Source of the DNA: Bacteroidales bacterium
Lineage (GTDB): Bacteria; Bacteroidota; Bacteroidia; Bacteroidales; VadinHA17
Assembly: GCA_049294075.1 (NCBI GenBank)
Contig: JBAQCK010000039.1
Coordinates: 3,409-67,408, forward strand
Length of the DNA stretch: 64,000 nt
Direction: 5' to 3'
The position numbers were made by a program, and so were the translations under genes. A model generated the notes under the pieces. The model saw only the letters and a program-made list of their open reading frames with translations, was not told the origin of the DNA and made no database searches. Shown in pieces: positions 61,539-64,000 of this stretch (the stretch's first letter is position 1; each line of letters opens with the position of its first letter).

Positions 61539-62681
61539 TTAAACCGACAGTTCCGCTTCAATCTCTGTAAGCAGATCATCCCTGCAAATATCGGCTTCTA
61601 TAAACACAATCGGCGATCCTTTGAACTGCTCGATGCAGATCTCCCTGACCACACCGAAATCTTTCTGCCGCTTAATGTAGACACGCAGGAGCGAGAACCT
61701 GCCGGGCTCATCCTTTCCGGTGAGTGCACTGATACGCACCCTGTCAGCAACCTTTCTGATGTTTTCAATTGTTACAATTGTCTGTTCTGCAACATCGCCC
61801 CTGCCTATCGTATCCTGACCGATTATTGACGCCGTTCCCGAGACAAAAAGAGTGCTGACGGGTTTATTGACTACAAGGAGTCCCCTTTCAAACTGCGGGG
61901 GATTCTTTGCAGAGCTCATTCCAAGGGGTTGTCCCTTAAGCACCTCCTGACCGTACTCGTAGGCATTGACCTGGCTCGGATTGTTGACCGGATTAATTCT
62001 TACCGTGTCATCCGATCTGATGGCACAGAAATCGAGAAAAACACCGCCAAATTTCATCCCGACACCGGTTGCTGCCGGGAATCCGTGTATTGTTCTGTAT
62101 TTGCTGTAGTATTCAGTTCTTACTTCATTGAATATCTGGTAATTCTGAAGTCCATTATGCATCCCGAGAATATCCCCTATAAAATTCCACTGCCGTACTA
62201 TATTGTTGAAAGTGAGATTTTCCCTTTCAAGTATCTCTCCCATTATGTCGAAAGCCGCCTCAGCACCTTTCCTGGTATCATCATGGTCTTTGTCCCGACC
62301 AAGTCCGGCTGACCAGACTTCCTTGCCATTATCCGATTCGATCACGACATAGGGGAATTCACCAAGGAATCGTGTAGTTATTCCCGACCTGCTTCCGGTA
62401 GAGAAAAGGGCCTCGACAGCCACGCGAAAGGGTTCTTCAGGTGGGTGGATTGAAACATTGAATGCAGGGCAGTGATCGCTGAACCCGGCTATGACCGATC
62501 TTGAAATGAATTGCTTTTTCTCAGCATAAGAAGAATAGTCGGGAACGCTGATGAAAATATTCAGCTTTACAGGCCTTAAGCCTTCCGAAATATCCGCTGA
62601 AATCTGCTTCCTGCACTGTTCCCATTCGTTCTCAACACTTCCTTTCACTGCAGGAGTGTATATCCTGTATTCCTTCAACAT
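61539..62681 (-). CDS. Chorismatase-like protein (FkbO/Hyg5/XanB2 family, YjgF/RidA-like fold)
   Basis: C-terminal signature 'PPQFERG', 'LFVSGTASIIGQDTIGRGDVAEQT', 'LLRVYIKR', 'IEADICRDDLLTEIEAE'. Recognised from memory of family motifs and not searched. Confidence 0.5.
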   Translation of the reverse strand: MLKEYRIYTPAVKGSVENEWEQCRKQISADISEGLRPVKLNIFISVPDYSSYAEKKQFISRSVIAGFSDHCPAFNVSIHPPEEPFRVAVEALFSTGSRSGITTRFLGEFPYVVIESDNGKEVWSAGLGRDKDHDDTRKGAEAAFDIMGEILERENLTFNNIVRQWNFIGDILGMHNGLQNYQIFNEVRTEYYSKYRTIHGFPAATGVGMKFGGVFLDFCAIRSDDTVRINPVNNPSQVNAYEYGQEVLKGQPLGMSSAKNPPQFERGLLVVNKPVSTLFVSGTASIIGQDTIGRGDVAEQTIVTIENIRKVADRVRISALTGKDEPGRFSLLRVYIKRQKDFGVVREICIEQFKGSPIVFIEADICRDDLLTEIEAELSV

Positions 62682-62687
62682 AGAAAT

Positions 62688-64000
62688 TCAATCTAAGAGG
62701 GCAAAATTAACATCTTTTGCCGGAGAACCAATTATTTTCAGCATAGCCCGCCCGTCGGTGGCTACCTTACCGGTTACAAATTCAGGAATATTGAACGATC
62801 TGAGACATGAATCGTAGAAACCGGGATCCTTCTGAGGCACCATGAAGGGTTTGCTGAATGTTCCGTCTTCATCCATGTGGGCAATGAAGGGACGGGTATA
62901 CAAACCGTCAATCCTGCGGCTGCTGAAAATCATCCACCGCGAATTGGATGACCACGAGTGGTAACTCTCCGACTCGGGACTGTTAACCACATCTACGGGA
63001 TGATAATTTCGGGTCTTCATATCGAGCCTGTAAAGATCGGCCTCCCTGTGCCATATCGAGAAATTCCCATAATCAGACAAGGTGAACACAAGTGTCGTTC
63101 CATCAGGGGATATCCTCGGGAATGAAACACTTCTGCCTGTACGGTCCGAACTCACCAGAGTATCTATCTTTTCGCCGAAGCGGCCTGTTTCCGGATCAAA
63201 ATCAATGCTGCACAGACTGTATTTTATCCTGTCGTACTCCTCGGGCTGCTTACCCTTCCTGGCGCTGCAGAAAAACAGCTTTCTGCCATCGTGCGAGAAG
63301 CATGGGAATGTCTCGAAGCTCTCTTCAGTCATCAGCCTCGAAGTGGATATCAGCCTGTTGTTCCTTATATCAAACACCACAATATCCGATTTTGAGTCAA
63401 AAACCTCTATCCTCTTGTCGCTCACAGAATGGAAAACCTGCTGGATGTTGTTTACCGAATATGCAATAAAATCCTCCGAAGGATGCCAGTAAGGATAAAC
63501 ACAGTTTGATATTGTTTCGCTTGTTTTTGTGTTAAGCTTCACCGCCTCTCCGTCCATAACAAGCATGGTGCCGCCCACGTTTCCCCTGAGGTGGAACATC
63601 ATGTCGGCGGGATTGTTTGCCCTGAAGGAATGGCAGTTCATGCAGGCGCCCGGAAGCAGCCGATTGTCGATTATGGTTCTCTGTTCAAAGGAAGAAAGCT
63701 CACGCTGATAGATCCCCATTTCGCTCCAGGTCTCATATCCCGGGGCAATCAGCCTGTAAACTATCCAGGGATCAATCGGGTCGCTGCTGATATCAATGCT
63801 GAATGGTTCGTATTTCTTCCAGCCGTCCTTGTAACCGGCATACAAGGTTACTTTCAGACTGCCTCCACTGTTGCCGCCGAGGAGTTTTTTCCACTTCGGC
63901 GCAGGAATAATAATTTCTTCCTCCCCCCTGATCCTGAGAGTCTCAGAGGATCCCTCGATCATGGCAATTGATGACCGCGGCTCACCTTCAACCCTGAAAT
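62688..64000 (-). CDS. PD40/TolB-like beta-propeller protein carrying one CxxCH motif (5' end outside window)
   Basis: The frame stays open from 63962 to 64000 (...FRVEGEPRSSIA-MIEGSS). 'GACMNCHSF' haem-c-type motif. PD40-like repeats 'FSHDGRKLFF', 'ISPDGTTLVF', 'WSSNSRWMIF'. Confidence 0.6.
   Translation of the reverse strand, partial: FRVEGEPRSSIAMIEGSSETLRIRGEEEIIIPAPKWKKLLGGNSGGSLKVTLYAGYKDGWKKYEPFSIDISSDPIDPWIVYRLIAPGYETWSEMGIYQRELSSFEQRTIIDNRLLPGACMNCHSFRANNPADMMFHLRGNVGGTMLVMDGEAVKLNTKTSETISNCVYPYWHPSEDFIAYSVNNIQQVFHSVSDKRIEVFDSKSDIVVFDIRNNRLISTSRLMTEESFETFPCFSHDGRKLFFCSARKGKQPEEYDRIKYSLCSIDFDPETGRFGEKIDTLVSSDRTGRSVSFPRISPDGTTLVFTLSDYGNFSIWHREADLYRLDMKTRNYHPVDVVNSPESESYHSWSSNSRWMIFSSRRIDGLYTRPFIAHMDEDGTFSKPFMVPQKDPGFYDSCLRSFNIPEFVTGKVATDGRAMLKIIGSPAKDVNFALLD

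Overview
This is a compact, almost gap-free chromosomal segment that reads as Bacteroidota. The evidence is a T9SS C-terminal sorting domain, TAnnTTTG -7 promoter boxes, a MurF-Alr fusion, DUF4294/DUF5686/LemA-TPM type families, and lipoprotein or TAT-signal glycosidases.

I found no rRNA, tRNA, CRISPR, transposase, integrase, phage or recognisable defence genes.

Bases 1-44 kb are mostly housekeeping genes: nadE, murF-alr, tdk, rsmI, dnaB, ispE, an acyl-CoA carboxyltransferase with its biotin carrier, lptF/G, tgt, rsmG, rpmH (missing from the ORF track), rluD, ddl, gcvP, pcm, thpR and fhs. A few conserved modules of unknown function are interspersed.

Bases 44-64 kb form one uninterrupted minus-strand run. 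It holds an exo-glycosidase block (GH31, GH2, GH3, a clan GH-A lipoprotein, mutarotase, a TAT-exported Gfo/Idh/MocA oxidoreductase) with no SusC/SusD or regulator in the window.

I did not find a clear-cut novel multi-gene system. The best leads are:
1. A chorismatase-like gene tightly linked to a CxxCH-bearing PD40 beta-propeller gene that runs off the 3' window edge.
2. A chimeric deletion scar inside the glycosidase block that hides the C-terminus of a SASA-type carbohydrate esterase in a second frame.
3. A URO-D-like / Oxidoreduct_C lipoprotein gene pair.
4. GC-rich palindromes and G-rich 7-8 nt tandem repeats in the few roomy intergenic spacers.

All family assignments come from motif recognition by eye. 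No searches were run.
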